A stretch of 64,000 nt of DNA from Laetmonice hystrix (taxonomy: Eukaryota): the NCBI GenBank assembly GCA_965235115.1, contig OZ249436.1, forward strand, positions 28,522,001 to 28,586,000, read 5' to 3'. Below, piece after piece: positions 11,401-23,467 of the stretch. Positions within the stretch are counted from its first letter, which is position 1. Each line of letters begins with the position of its first letter. A model generated the notes under the pieces. That model had not been told where the DNA came from. It did no database searches and saw only the letters and a list, made by a program, of their open reading frames with translations. The position numbers were made by a program, and so were the translations under genes.

Positions 11401-13824
11401 GTTGGAAGGCCTGGTGATCCATTGCTTCCGACTGTGATAGAAATAGCTGGCATAATACTCCAGTTGTCCAAATGTGAGGAAAAAAGACGAGTGCTAATGA
11501 ATCGGTGGTCTCCTCATGAATCTGCAGTGTTCCTTGATAATAAAGGCAGTGTCGCATAGTTTAATACAATTTGTACAGTCGCGCTGAATCTGGCCAAATG
11601 TTCTCGTAAGTCTATGGTAATTTCCATGATAATGACTGTCTGCATTATTACTATTCGTCAGATATATCATCTGAAGGGAAAACGCCCGTCTTCTTTGTTA
11701 GTTGGGTGTATGATGTCGAAGGTAAGAATATAACTCAAGTAGTTCCTGAAAGGGGTTCTATTTAGATATCGAAATACAAAGCTAGACTAACGTAGAGAAT
11801 ACAGTAGAAGGCCCAGGTTCAATCAATGTTGTTAGACCATCAGTGCGCTGCAGTGAAAGACCTTTTTAGTAAGGAGGCTTTTGCGTGTGGCACATGAAGT
11901 CTGATCAGTCTGTTTGTCCGCGTGTCGGCAGACTCAGTTTGACATTGCCGTGGTTCGGTTTTCAACGGAACATTATCAGAGCAGGACACACTCTTGCCGA
12001 GGGTTGCATGTGTGGAAATACTGGGCTGGGGGAGGTGGAATTATATGTGCGTTTTGGTATAAGTTCAAGTAGACTATCCAAAAGTTCCCCCTTCTCTCCT
12101 ATCATTTTTCTTGTCCGTTTTCTTGCAGTCAGGAAGGACAAACACATCGGTGCATTAGGGTATACATGTACTTGGCTGGAGTTCCTCCAGGCGTTAGCTG
12201 CTCTGTTGAGAGAGTTAGGTTGATGGAACAAAGGCTAAAGTTTTTTGTTTATCTTGGGAAATTGTTTAAATAAACCTCCCACCTGACGGTGAATGGGACC
12301 CAGGCTGAGATATGGCTCGACTAACAAAATGTTGTTATCCGTAAAAACATCTCCGAATAACGTACGTGTCTGTGGCGTGATGGATGTGGTTATTCAGCTG
12401 TTCCGTAACATAAACAGTAATGGGCAAAACGGGTCCTGAGAAAACGAATAGTGTTGTGGTGGGCCTGCACCTTGACTAAAGATGGAGCATTATGGATTCA
12501 CAAAATAAATTTACCTGCTGAAAAGGGTATTTGCTAGCAGTGTCGCTGTGCAAGGGGCGCGGGGTCATATTATCTTTATAAATGTAGCCGTACGATGGGC
12601 AGTTTTTCAAGCGATAGTCTTTGAATTAGTAGATAGGCTGCAGGAAGAGCAATGAGGGTCTTCAGACAGTGTCGGCTTTCAAAGGGAAATGGTGAAAAAT
12701 TGATGCCGTACTCTGCTTCTGTCCATTATTCATCCCCATGCGAGGTATTTTTGGCTTGTTACAGACATTATTACTCCTTAATAAACGATTCAGTCGGAAT
12801 GGGAAATGGGTTGCAAAATGCAGAAATATCCACATGGAAAAAAGAAGAAAATTGGAGATAGTGAAAAGTGTTTCTTTGGGCTTCAGTGGTGGAGGTTGGT
12901 ATGGACGGGTGTGTTGGCCTATGCCATGTGATACCCTGTCCGTGCATGTTGCGTCAGTGGCAGACCATTATGGTGTTAGTGTAGGGTTGCCCTCACTTTG
13001 ATGATGCCTTTGGCAGTCGGCCGTGCCACAAAGTGTCATAAAGAATTGGCTGACGACCGGTCCAGGTATGATATACGGAGATATTACGTACGATCATCTC
13101 CCCTCAAGGCGTCCATTTCAGCACAAACGACCTGGTCTGGGACCGTCAACGTGGCCAACATCAGAATTCGGCCTTTCTGTAGATTGGTTTTATGACTGGA
13201 CTAGTCCGCAGTGTTAATGCCAGGCCCGTCGAGGGTCAAGCTTGAAACCACCTGCTTCACCTCCATTAAGTCTGCCACCACATATGTGCTTCACTGCGAG
13301 TACTTGGGGACTTTTTGATCCGAGTGTTGTGAGTCACCTCGATGTGACAAAAATCGAAAGAGGAGCGGGGGAGGCAGCTAATTCCACTTTACTAGTTCGC
13401 ATCAATCATAAATAGCTCAGAGATCTCTCATCACAAACCACAGAGAACCCGTTGAGAGAAAATAATATCCTGCAAAGTTCCTTGTCACATCTCGCTGTCT
13501 TTTCCTTGAACCTGTGTGAAGGAAACCAGCTTGGTGTTAACACAACCAATATGGGGATATAATGGGCCCCTTGTTCGGCTCAGGTGTCGCCATCGTCATG
13601 ACAAACCCAAAGTGGGGACAAGGCATTGGCGGTCTGCCGCAGTGGTAGTGAATTGTGAAAAACATGTAGGCCTACTGAATAATTAACATATTTCGATTTA
13701 TGTGTGTGTGTCAAACGGTGTTCTCAGTATGGTATATATCTTTTGCATATCCCTGTGTTGGCTCACACTTGTTACCAATTTCATATGGGTATTACTCACG
13801 AGGGCAGTTCAAATACTTGACCGA

Positions 13825-14478
13825 TGACCGACATACATATTTCTTGGAGTACAGATGAACCAAGGGACACACTTTTAAGGGGAAGTAAGTTAGGTGACCG
13901 ACATGCATATTTCTTGGAGTACAGATGAACCTAGGGACACACTTTTAAGGGGAAGTAAGTTAGGTGACCGACATGCATATTTCTCGGAGTACAGATGAAC
14001 CAAGGGACACACTTTCAAGTGGAAGTATAAGTTAGGTGACCGACATACATATTTCTCGGAGTATACAGATGAACCAAGGGACACACTTTTAAGGGGAAGT
14101 AAGTTAGGTGACTGACATGCATGTTTCTCGGAGTACAGATGAACCAAGGGACACACTTTCAAGTGGAAGTAAGTTAGGTGACCGACATACATATTTCTCG
14201 GAGTACAGATGAACCAAGGGTCACACTTTCAAGTGGAAGTAAGTTAGGTGACCGACATACATATTTCTCGGAGTACAGATGAACCAAGGGTCACACTTTC
14301 AAGGGGAAGTAAGTTAGGTGACCGAGATACATATTTCTCGGGGTACAGATGAACCAAGGGACACACTTTAAAGTGGAAGTAAGTTAGGTGACCGACACAC
14401 ATATTTCACGGAGTACAGATGAACCAAGGGACACACTTTCAAGTGGAAGTAAGTTAGGTGACCGACATGCATGTTTCC
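13825..14478. repeat. 70-bp tandem array, ~9 copies
   Basis: Unit tgaccgacatacatatttctcggagtacagatgaaccaagggacacactttcaagtggaagtaagttagg starting at about 13825, 13895, 13965, 14037, 14109, 14179, 14249, 14319, 14389 and 14459. Confidence 0.95.
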
Positions 14479-14830
14479 AGGGGTAGCAAATACAGGACAG
14501 AGAACGGGAGAAACGATAGAAGCACGGGACTTCCAGAAATGGGTAAACCAATGAGAAAGAGGCACGTAAGAGGAGGGAATTTTTCCTCAGGATACAAACG
14601 AGTATAAACAGTCACGGGTGCGACCTCACCTAGAGGAGTGAATGGAGTTAACAGTGGAGTTCCCACTAGGGACCTATACGGGAGTTGAGATTATTCGTGT
14701 TCAGAAATTATTGTGGAAATAGACAGTATAGCAACCTCTCGCGCTATTAACCTAATCAACATAGCTCAAACCTAACGGACTACCAACCGACTACTAACGA
14801 TAGCAATATGGAGACTTAGACCCCCCGACA
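14479..14830 (+). promoter_or_regulatory. LTR-like promoter module, copy 2 (points right), downstream of the 70-bp array
   Basis: CCAAT at 14548-52 and TATAAA at 14603-08. Diverged reverse complement of 7520-8115, but lacking the ~7620-7830 segment that holds AATAAA. Confidence 0.5.
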
Positions 14831-14892
14831 TAGAATACTGGGGTTCCGTGACACATACAGGTCGTTTTGTTTACCACTAATAGTGAAAGAGT

Positions 14893-14947
14893 ACTGTATT
14901 AACAGTAAATAATTTTACTGTATTAACAGTAAATAATTTACTGTTAA
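14893..14947. repeat. Short AT-rich tandem/palindromic repeat
   Basis: tactgtattaacagtaaataattt occurs twice, then tactgtta; the stretch contains the near-palindrome taacagtaaataatttactgtta. Confidence 0.7.
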
Positions 14948-16121
14948 ATCGAATCTTCACTGAATTTAGACTGTGTGGTTATATTTATGGGAGTGGGGGG
15001 CTCTCCTTTGAGGCAGGTTTGATGTGTCTGCGGGGTACCACCGGTGGTATATGTTCTACTGTTTTAGAAACTTAGGAAGCGCGAAAAAAAAGAAAAAGAA
15101 TAAAGTAAGCTTGAAACATGACAGTCCATTATAGCTGTAAAGGCGGGTCGTCCAGTAGTCAGTCGCTCCAATTATCTACTGTTCATCCTTTAATTAAGTC
15201 TCAGACAAGACCTTAGCCAGGGTTCTGCTGCCATAGACAGGTCCGTTGTGGTCTGTTAACCGACCCGAGCCTTGGTCTCCGGGGGGGGGGGGGAGTCCGG
15301 GGGATAACTGACCAGGCACTGGCCTGTAGTCACTTGGGGATGTGCGCTAGCCACAGACACTTACATCATCTTAATTAGTTAATTAATAGTTGATCCACCT
15401 TATATTTAATGTATAATGCAGATCACGAAGAGTTTCCGTGACGCGTCTATAGTTTTGTGGCAGAATATGCAAGGAAGTAAAAGTGGCTATTTCTACTTTA
15501 TACTGGGTCTTACTACAGAATATAGAATGTTCTAAAGTTCACTCTAAACACAAAAGGGTAACGTTATATCACATGTGCAGTCGCATCTAAAGCTGACCAT
15601 AATGTGGAAATGATTTGTAGTTTCTCTCTCAGGGGATTTGTTGGCGGCAATATATCGTGTCAGGTGTTTGCATCAGAAGGTCCTGTTTATCTGTATTATT
15701 TTGACATGGTATCATTCAGTTTCTATTAACTTTGTTTATACACGGTGGCAGCATGGCTGATGGCTGTAGCTGTTCGGGTGTATAGGAAGACTTGATATTA
15801 TATTAATCGACTAGTCTCTACTCCCTGCTGATGTCCAGCCTGACCTGCTGACACAACCCCTGGTATTGGCTCTGCTCCGACGCGCTGGCACAATGACATG
15901 TAGATTGAGTTATCATGGCACCAAATGTGTCTTTATGTGGTGCGAGCACACCACATTATAACACCGACATGGCGAGATCCTCCCGCGGGAGACACCCGCT
16001 TATTAATGAAATACAAGCGGCAAGGAGCATGGCAGCGTATAGATGGCGAGGGAAGCGGGGGTCAGCAATGGGCCCCTTGGGCCTGGGCCCATACTTCTCC
16101 CCTCATTTTCTATGAATTTAC

Positions 16122-17041
16122 TTATGATATCATAGCAATATCTTGGAGTATCATGGCCACAACAGATACATCACAACACCAGGAAAGTGTAGTAAAGTGC
16201 CCTTTTTGTTCTTTTCCTTGCGGGGGAGCATGCGTAGAGACTGCTCGGGATATCATAGCACCACCGGTACTTGCTGGTATTTTATAGCTCCTGTGGGACC
16301 ATTTTACAGGGTAATTATTAATGAACATTATTGATGTGTATTGGAAGGAGTGTTTAGGATACACATCATGTCTGATTGAGATAATGATGAGAAGAATCTC
16401 TGATGGAGTTACCGTGAACGACCACTCGGAATCATGAAGATAGGATACACATCATGTCTGATTGAGATAATGATGAGAAGAATCTCTGATGGAGTTACCG
16501 TGAACGACCACTCGGAATCATGAAGATAGGATACACATCATGTCTGATTGAGATAATGATGAGAAGAATCTCTGATGGAGTTACCGTGAACGACCACTCG
16601 GAATCATGAAGATAGGATACACATCATGTCTGATTGAGATAATGATGAGAAGAATCTCTGATGGAGTTACCGTGAACGACCACTCGGAATCATGAAGATA
16701 GGATACACATCATGTCTGATTGAGATGATGATGAGAAGAATCTCTGATGGAGTTACCGTGAACGACCACTCGGAATCCATGTGGGTGTACCATGGAGAGA
16801 TCTGTTCGGATGTATAAGTAAGCTGGAATGAATTCACTGCCATGTCGTCGAATCGTTTCGTACACGCAGCGTTCTGTACTCGCATATCGGATGTAACCAA
16901 AGCAGCGATGATCTCTCTCTCCGGTGATTTAGTGTATAGCTGTCTGTATTGGCGAGTATGGGTATGGGAGGGTGTGGGTGTGGGTGTGGGAGTGGGTGTG
17001 GGAGGGGGTGTGGGTGTGGGTGTATTATTGACAGGTTCCAC
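16122..17041 (-). pseudogene. Unknown ~191-codon frame with Pro/Thr linker, interrupted by the 86-bp array
   Basis: ORF 16667-17041 reads ...IRHDVYP and ORF 16122-16364 begins (V)YPKHSFQ. Collapsing the array to one unit fuses them in frame. No family recognised. Confidence 0.4.
16355..16778. repeat. 86-bp tandem array, ~4.9 near-identical copies
   Basis: Unit taggatacacatcatgtctgattgagataatgatgagaagaatctctgatggagttaccgtgaacgaccactcggaatcatgaaga starting at 16355, 16441, 16527, 16613 and 16699. Confidence 0.95.
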
Positions 17042-17831
17042 TGGTCATCACGAAGCCTGAATGCACGCCTTCACCAGCGACGTATAGGACGTGGAAGATG
17101 ATCCGTTTGGCTGTGACAAAGGTCCGATGATCGATCCGGGTGTTGGGTGGACACATGCTCCATCGTGTTAGCACTAATACCCCGCAGCTCGCCAGGTCCA
17201 CAGGCAGGGATCTGATTGTCTGCTCGATCGAATTAACCGAGCGAATTATGAGTGGAAATAAATGAGAAAAACTTGGGAGTCAATTTGTAACCTGGGATGG
17301 TTAGCAGCGTATGGACGGATTCTATGGGAGCTGATTTATTGCACCTTTAGTGTACGTGTGCAAAACTTCCTCCTCAGTTTACTTGACCTCGTATTCTCTT
17401 TAGAAAACGAAAATGAGATGAGAAAGAACTGTGGGAATACTCGTATAATAAAAGTGTTTTCATTTAATAAGTAATTTATGATAAGTGTCCAGGAGGGTGT
17501 GCCATAAAGAGTGGAGGAGATTAGGGAACATGGTGAGGGAGTAGCAGTAGAGGGACCATCATTAACGCCTGGGGACCACCGTCCAGATATGAGTTAATCT
17601 GGCCTCATTCACTATAGCTGCCAGGCATGTTGGTGGCCTGGTAAACCTCCCTGGTGTTTACAGCAGGGCACTAGTCTACTCCTCAGAAAGTGGGGCTCCG
17701 GGATTATAAGGCGGCAAGGGCTGCTGAGTAGGGAAGTGACGTATTGACGTAAATAGGGGGGCGCATACAGGGCTCGTGACGTTCAATTTATACGGGTGCT
17801 GCTGCCCAGGCCAGCTAGCAAACCGGGAAGG

Positions 17832-17958
17832 CCTGGGCCAGGTTGGTTAAAACTTGGGTTCTTGCTTAAGCTTAACGTTTTTAATTGGCTGGTCTGCTTA
17901 GACAAGCCATACAGATGCTTAAGCTAAAGTAAGAACTTAAGCTTTGGACGGGCCCAGG
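17832..17958. mobile_element. Short palindromic MITE of a CCTGGGCC..GGCCCAGG family
   Basis: Termini cctgggcc/ggcccagg and internal arms gttcttgcttaagcttaa / ttaagctaaagtaagaac. The central attggctggtct motif is shared with 50565-50630 and 59257-59335. Confidence 0.6.
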
Positions 17959-19001
17959 AGGGAGTGAGGAACGGTTGAATTGGCGAGGCGGGGGGGGGGG
18001 GGGGGGCTACCATCCCGCAGGGCAGAGGCCATGCCCACATTGTTGAACATTTTGTGCTGATTGGGACGTTGAGAATGATTATTGAACATTTGTGTTAAAT
18101 GGCGCTTGCGTTTGGTGGCGACAGTTTGGAGAACAGCGCAACCTTTTATAAGAAGTGTCGAGGACACATCGAAGGGATCTGCAGACGTTGCCTCGGGATA
18201 TAAAGGCCGACACTCTGTCAGACGGTGCATCTAAGTGGACCTGGTGCATGCAGTCGATATGGTACTAGTTCTTGTGGTGTATTGAAATGAGGCCCTTCTA
18301 CCGCCTCCTTCTACCCCCTGTATACCCCCCCCCCCCCCCCCCACCGCCTGCCAGGTTATAGTGGCTGGGTGACAACAGCGCCACACACAGCACCAATATT
18401 TCCCACATTGTATCATGCATACAACATCTGTCAGTAGTCTATCAGAGCAGCGATGGCAAGCCACCCTGGGGATCAGGGTCTGCCGTCGTAGATCACCTTT
18501 AAGTGACTATCCGCCACTGTCCGCAGACAAAAGCTAAGGTCGGAGCACTTAGACATTTTCAGCCTGCATATAAGCGATGTTTATAAATCATCGAAAGAAT
18601 CGGACCTTTTTTAGTCGTTTTGCACAAATTTAGAGCCCAATAATTTATGGTTAAACTCACCAGAGAGCAGCAATTTTCTCGAAATCCGACGAACTGCGTT
18701 CAACTCAAATCGAAGGTGATACCAAGTAACAAACCTAAACCAGACATTCACTTACTGCTCTCTGTTTTAGAATGCAAAATGTGATGAAAATTAAAATGTA
18801 CTTTTGAATGTGGATACAAGATGGAGACTGCAGATTTCCATGGTTGGGCAGTCATGAAAATGTGTATTGCCAAGAGAGTTTTCAGAACTTATTTAGGCAC
18901 TTGAAGTGCTTTCATTACTTGGCGAAATTATGGCGGAAGTACCCAGGCTCTAGGTGGCCGGCCTCATGGAAATATGACACGTAAAGGACTGTTTCAAATA
19001 A

Positions 19002-19288
19002 AGCCTGCCTCAATTTTGGGCTGCGAATGTGTAGGGCACGATTTCCTGTCGTGTCTCAAGTTTTCGTATTGTGAATAATCGTACGACAGACAGGTCCTCA
19101 CACTACACGATGAACAACCCCCCCCCCCCCCCCCGACACGTCAAGACAGATTCGTGTCGTGTATAATCGTGTCGGCCAACTTCTCAGACTTTACGATAAC
19201 CACCGACAACACACGAAAATTTGTTTTGTCTTGTCGTATTTAATATTCTTGTCGTATCGTAAGAAAATCGTGTAGTGTGAGGCAGGCT
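19002..19288. mobile_element. PIF/Harbinger-like MITE (partly deleted)
   Basis: Termini agcctgcctca / tgaggcaggct, flanked by TAA and TTA; internal ctcacactacacga copy and many acga/tcgt motifs. Confidence 0.65.
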
Positions 19289-19902
19289 TTAGGTGATTTT
19301 GACGTGGCCGACACCTCTGCCACACCCCGGCGATGTCGTCCCACGTGTCAGCTTCGTGGAAACAAAAATTGCTGGCATGTCGTCCATCACTCGGAATCGC
19401 CCACAATTTTGCGTAAAGTACAGTGGAATTGTTTTTGTTTGCCGCTCAAATCAACAGATGTCACATCTATTATTAATTATGGGAAAAAAATTAATGATGT
19501 TATCGTGATGATACCGCTACTTATGTCGCTGCAACATCATTGGAAGATCAGCCATATGGAAACGCTTGTTGCTTGAGCATCCACATTGCCCAATCGCCCA
19601 AAATAATCGGTCGAATGTCGCTCCTGTGGAAACAATTTTCCCTAGAGCGTCGCCGATGCATTGCCGGTCTATCAGCGATGAACGTAATGTTCGTGTGAAC
19701 CCATCGTCCTGCCGTCGCCTAAGTGGAAACAGTCGGTTACTTCGACGCCAAGGCGAAAGCGAACTTGATACAAATGTGACAGCTATCATCAGAGGTGATT
19801 CCTCGCATGTATAACCTATAGATATGACTTGAGAGTCGGAGGCAATTCCTGGTATGTGACAAATTATTCAGACTGCCAAATAATTTCTTTGAAATGAACA
19901 AT

Positions 19903-21076
19903 GGGGTCATTGCACAAGATTGGCGACGGCTGTCGCCGTATGGCGACGCCTGTCGCCGTACGGCGACAGCCGTCGCCGGGTGGACGGCGATGGCGACAGC
20001 CGTCGCCGGGTGGACGGCGACGGCGACAGCCGTCGCCGTGTGGCGACACCCGTCGCCGTATGGCGACAGCCGTCGCCGTGTGGCGACACCCGTCGCCGTA
20101 TGGCGACACCCGTCGCCTATGGTCCGTTTCGGTAGGGTTCCGTACTTTGACGGTCCGTTTCGGTCCCTTCCCTGGACCGAGGCGGTCCCATGGTGGGTCC
20201 ATAAGGTATATCTCGGTCCCTTCTTTCTTTGCAGGGTCCGTTTCGGTCCATACCTGATCCCCTAGGGTCCGTTTCGGTAGGGTTCCGTACTTTGACGGTC
20301 CGTTTTGGTCCCTTCCCTGGACCGAGGCGGTCCCATGGTGGGTCCATAAGGTATATCTCGGTCCCTTCTTTCTTTGCAGGGTCCGTTTCGGCCCATACCT
20401 GGTCCCCTAGGGTCCGTTTCGGTGGGGTTCCGTACTTTGACGGTCCGTTTCGGTCCCTTCCCTGGACCGAGGCGGTCCCATGGTGGGTCCATAAGGTATA
20501 TCTCGGTCCCTTCTTTCTTTGCAGGGTCCGTTTCGGTTCATACCTGATGCCCTAGGGTCCGTTTCGGTAAGGTTCCATACTTTGACGGTCCGTTTCGGTC
20601 CCTTCCCTGGATCGAGGCGGTCCCATGGTGGGTCCATACGATATACGTCGATCCCTTCTTTCTTTGTAGGGTCCGTTTCGGCCCATACCTGGTCCCCTAT
20701 AGGGTCTGTTTCGGTAGGGTTCCGTACTTTGACGGTCCGTTTCGGTCCCTTCCCTGGACCGAGGCGGTCCCATGGTGGGTCCATAAGGTATATCTCGGTC
20801 CCTTCTTTCTTTGCAGGGTCCGTTGGGGGGTCTAAGGGCATCCACCCGAAAAGTTTTAATATTGACAGCCGTCGCCGTTCGGCGACAGCCGTCGCCGTTC
20901 GGCGACAGCCGTCGCCGTTCGGCGACAGCCGTCGCCATCTCTACTTGTGCAATGCAAGCCGTCGCCATCTCTAGTTGTGCAATGCAAACTATCGCGGCCC
21001 ATCTCGCCGTTCCGCGACCGTCGCGGAACGGCGATTTTGGCCGCGACAGCCGTCGCCAATCTTGTGCAATAGGCCC
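19903..21076. mobile_element. Non-autonomous TIR element (3-bp AAT TSD, PIF/Harbinger-like) carrying internal tandem arrays
   Basis: ~33-bp TIRs ggg..attgcacaagattggcgacggctgtcg at both ends; AAT at 19900-02 and 21077-79; subterminal 20-bp ggcgacagccgtcgcc-type repeats at both ends. Confidence 0.85.
20121..20823. repeat. 145-bp tandem array (~4.8 copies) inside the TIR element
   Basis: Units start at about 20121, 20266, 20411, 20556 and 20703; each has three ggtccgtttcgg sub-repeats. Confidence 0.95.
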
Positions 21077-21392
21077 AATCATGTGCTCGGCGTCGGACCC
21101 TGCGAAGATAGAAAATGTGTGGAGGAAAATAAATGCTCTCGTCGCTGTGTATGATGGTTGTTTGATGAAATATGCAGAAAGGGGTCAGTTTCTGGGCTGT
21201 CATCTGTCAGCCACTATATCACTATTATGAGTATGGCCTGTCGCATGGGTCCAGCGAACGTCATGCTGTTTACATGTATAGACATGTTGATTCCATCAGC
21301 GCTCCCGGAGCGCCGAACCTGTGATGGCTTAATGGACGTGGAATACTCTCTTAAAACCCATCACCCACGCTCCCCGCCCTCACACCCACTGT

Positions 21393-22960
21393 TTTTAGCC
21401 CCCACAACGGGGGGCTTATAATTCGACCTCCGTCCGTCCGTACGTCCGTCCGTCCGTCCGTCCGTCCGTACGTCCGTCCGCACGTCCGTCCGTACGTCCG
21501 TCCGTCCGTCCGTCCGTCCGTCCGTCCGTCCGTATGTCCGTAGACAGCGATTTCTCAGAAGTGTATGGGTCGATTTCTTTGAAACTTCACACAAGGATCA
21601 GGGATGAACTGAGGATGATGCACGTCAAACAGATTTTTGATATCATTCAAAATGGCCGCTTGGCGGCCATCTTGGATGTAAATACATTTTGAGCAATAAC
21701 TCAGCTACAACAATCACGATTTCTTTCAAACATGGTGCAGGGATGAGGCATAATGAGGGCCAATATGCATCACAATAAAATTTCAATTCAGATCCAAAAT
21801 GGCGACATGGCGGCCATATTTGTTTCTTGACCCCCACAATGACACTGTTTTGGCTTATATCTCGAAAACGGTGCAAGATGACGCAATAGTTACTATTATT
21901 GATAGATAGGAAGTCATATATGACGTTCCATTTGGCGCCATTTTCGATGACCTTGAGCGACCTTGAAAGGTCACACAAGGTCATGCATATTTTCAATAGC
22001 CTGGATCTTCAAAACAGTTAAAGATAACGACATAATCTTGGAAAAAACATTACATAATGATCCGGGACAGTCCACGGATGAGGCAGGTCAAAGATATTTT
22101 TGACATCAGTCAAAATGGCCGCGTGGTGGCCATCTTGGATGTAAACACATTTGGAGTAATAACTCAGACAAAACGATCCCGATTTCTTTCAAATTTGGTG
22201 GAAAGAAGGTGTATATGAGGGGCAATGTATATGCCAATGTATTGCCAGATCAGAGCAAATATGGCGACATGGCGGCCATATTAAATTTACCCCCCCCCCA
22301 TAACACTGTTTTGGCTCATATCTCGAAAACGGTGCAAGATAAGGCAATAGTTATTATTATTGACAGATAGGAAGTCATATATGACGTTTCATTTGGCGCC
22401 ATTTTCGATGACCTTGAGCGACCTTGAAAGGTCAATCAAGGTCATGCATATTTTAATGGCCTGTACTTCTAAACCAGTTGAAAATAACAACATCTAATCT
22501 TGCATGAAACATTACATAATAACCAGGGACAGTCTAAGGAGGACACAGGTCAAATATATCATTAAAATGGCTGCTTGGTGGCCATCTTGGATTTAAAGAA
22601 ATTCGAAGCAATAACTCTGACATTTTCTGGATTTCGTTCTTGCTGACAGAATGCATGAGGGGCAACAAGCGTGCCAAAAGTACGCATAGTTCCTGGACCC
22701 ACAGATAATTTGTCCCTACTCAGTTGGTTCACGTCGGATAACACTATCAAACTGTACATAACTGCATAGTTATTGCAGACACATGCATCTTTACGCCGGA
22801 TAACGCTATCAAGCTGTACATAACTGCATAGAACTTAATAAATTTACGAAGTTTCATTTGACAATATTTCCTTTGCCCTTCAAAGATCAATTGAAGTCGT
22901 GCATCGTTTTTTCAAGAATCCATAGTTCGTGGTGGGGGCTATAAGCTTCACAAGCTTGTT
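21393..22960 (+). mobile_element. Helentron-associated interspersed element (HINE/DINE-1-like), family 1, copy 1
   Basis: 5' T-run + tagcccccac subTIR with short IR (ggggggcttata), (GTCC)n microsatellite, ~465-bp internal super-repeats with aaaatggc..gccat and tgacctt..aaggtca palindromes, and 3' gtgggggcta + aagctt-cac-aagctt hairpin + GTT. No TSD. Near-identical to 48351-50401. Confidence 0.9.
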
Positions 22961-23467
22961 CTCATTGGAATATAAACTCCACTCTCCATGAAGATGGTGT
23001 AAAATCTACCTTGGCCAGAACAAGAGATGTTTTCGTTTTCTTTGCCAGTATCAGTAGTATAGAAAGAGTGAACTTATTCTCGGGCGATCCACCGTGTTCA
23101 ATGTTAGATGTATAGCAGTGACGTAACTAGCCTGGGTCACGGGGGAGGGTTCGTTTTTTACAAGAGCGGAACTCTTGCGGGGGGGGGGGGGTGGACTCTC
23201 CAAATCAGAGGAGAATAGGCGGGTGAAAACACCCCCTGGGGCAAGACGCCCTTTCCCCATATAAACCGGAATCGGACAGAAATCTGCCCGGTTTACTTGG
23301 TGTGTACCGGCCTCTATTTCCAATGGGGCATGGAACCAGCCAGGAGCGGAGCTCGAGGTCAATTTTCGCGCCTGCCATTAGTATAGGTTGGCTTTTGCCT
23401 GACTTTAGCTAGATCTATACCAGAGCCTATAAACAAAATATCACGTCAGCTTTGTATAGTACTCATA

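Noticed and set aside
19864..21230. Many 100-176-aa ORFs on both strands
   Set aside because: By-products of GC-rich 20-bp and 145-bp repeats inside a TIR element.
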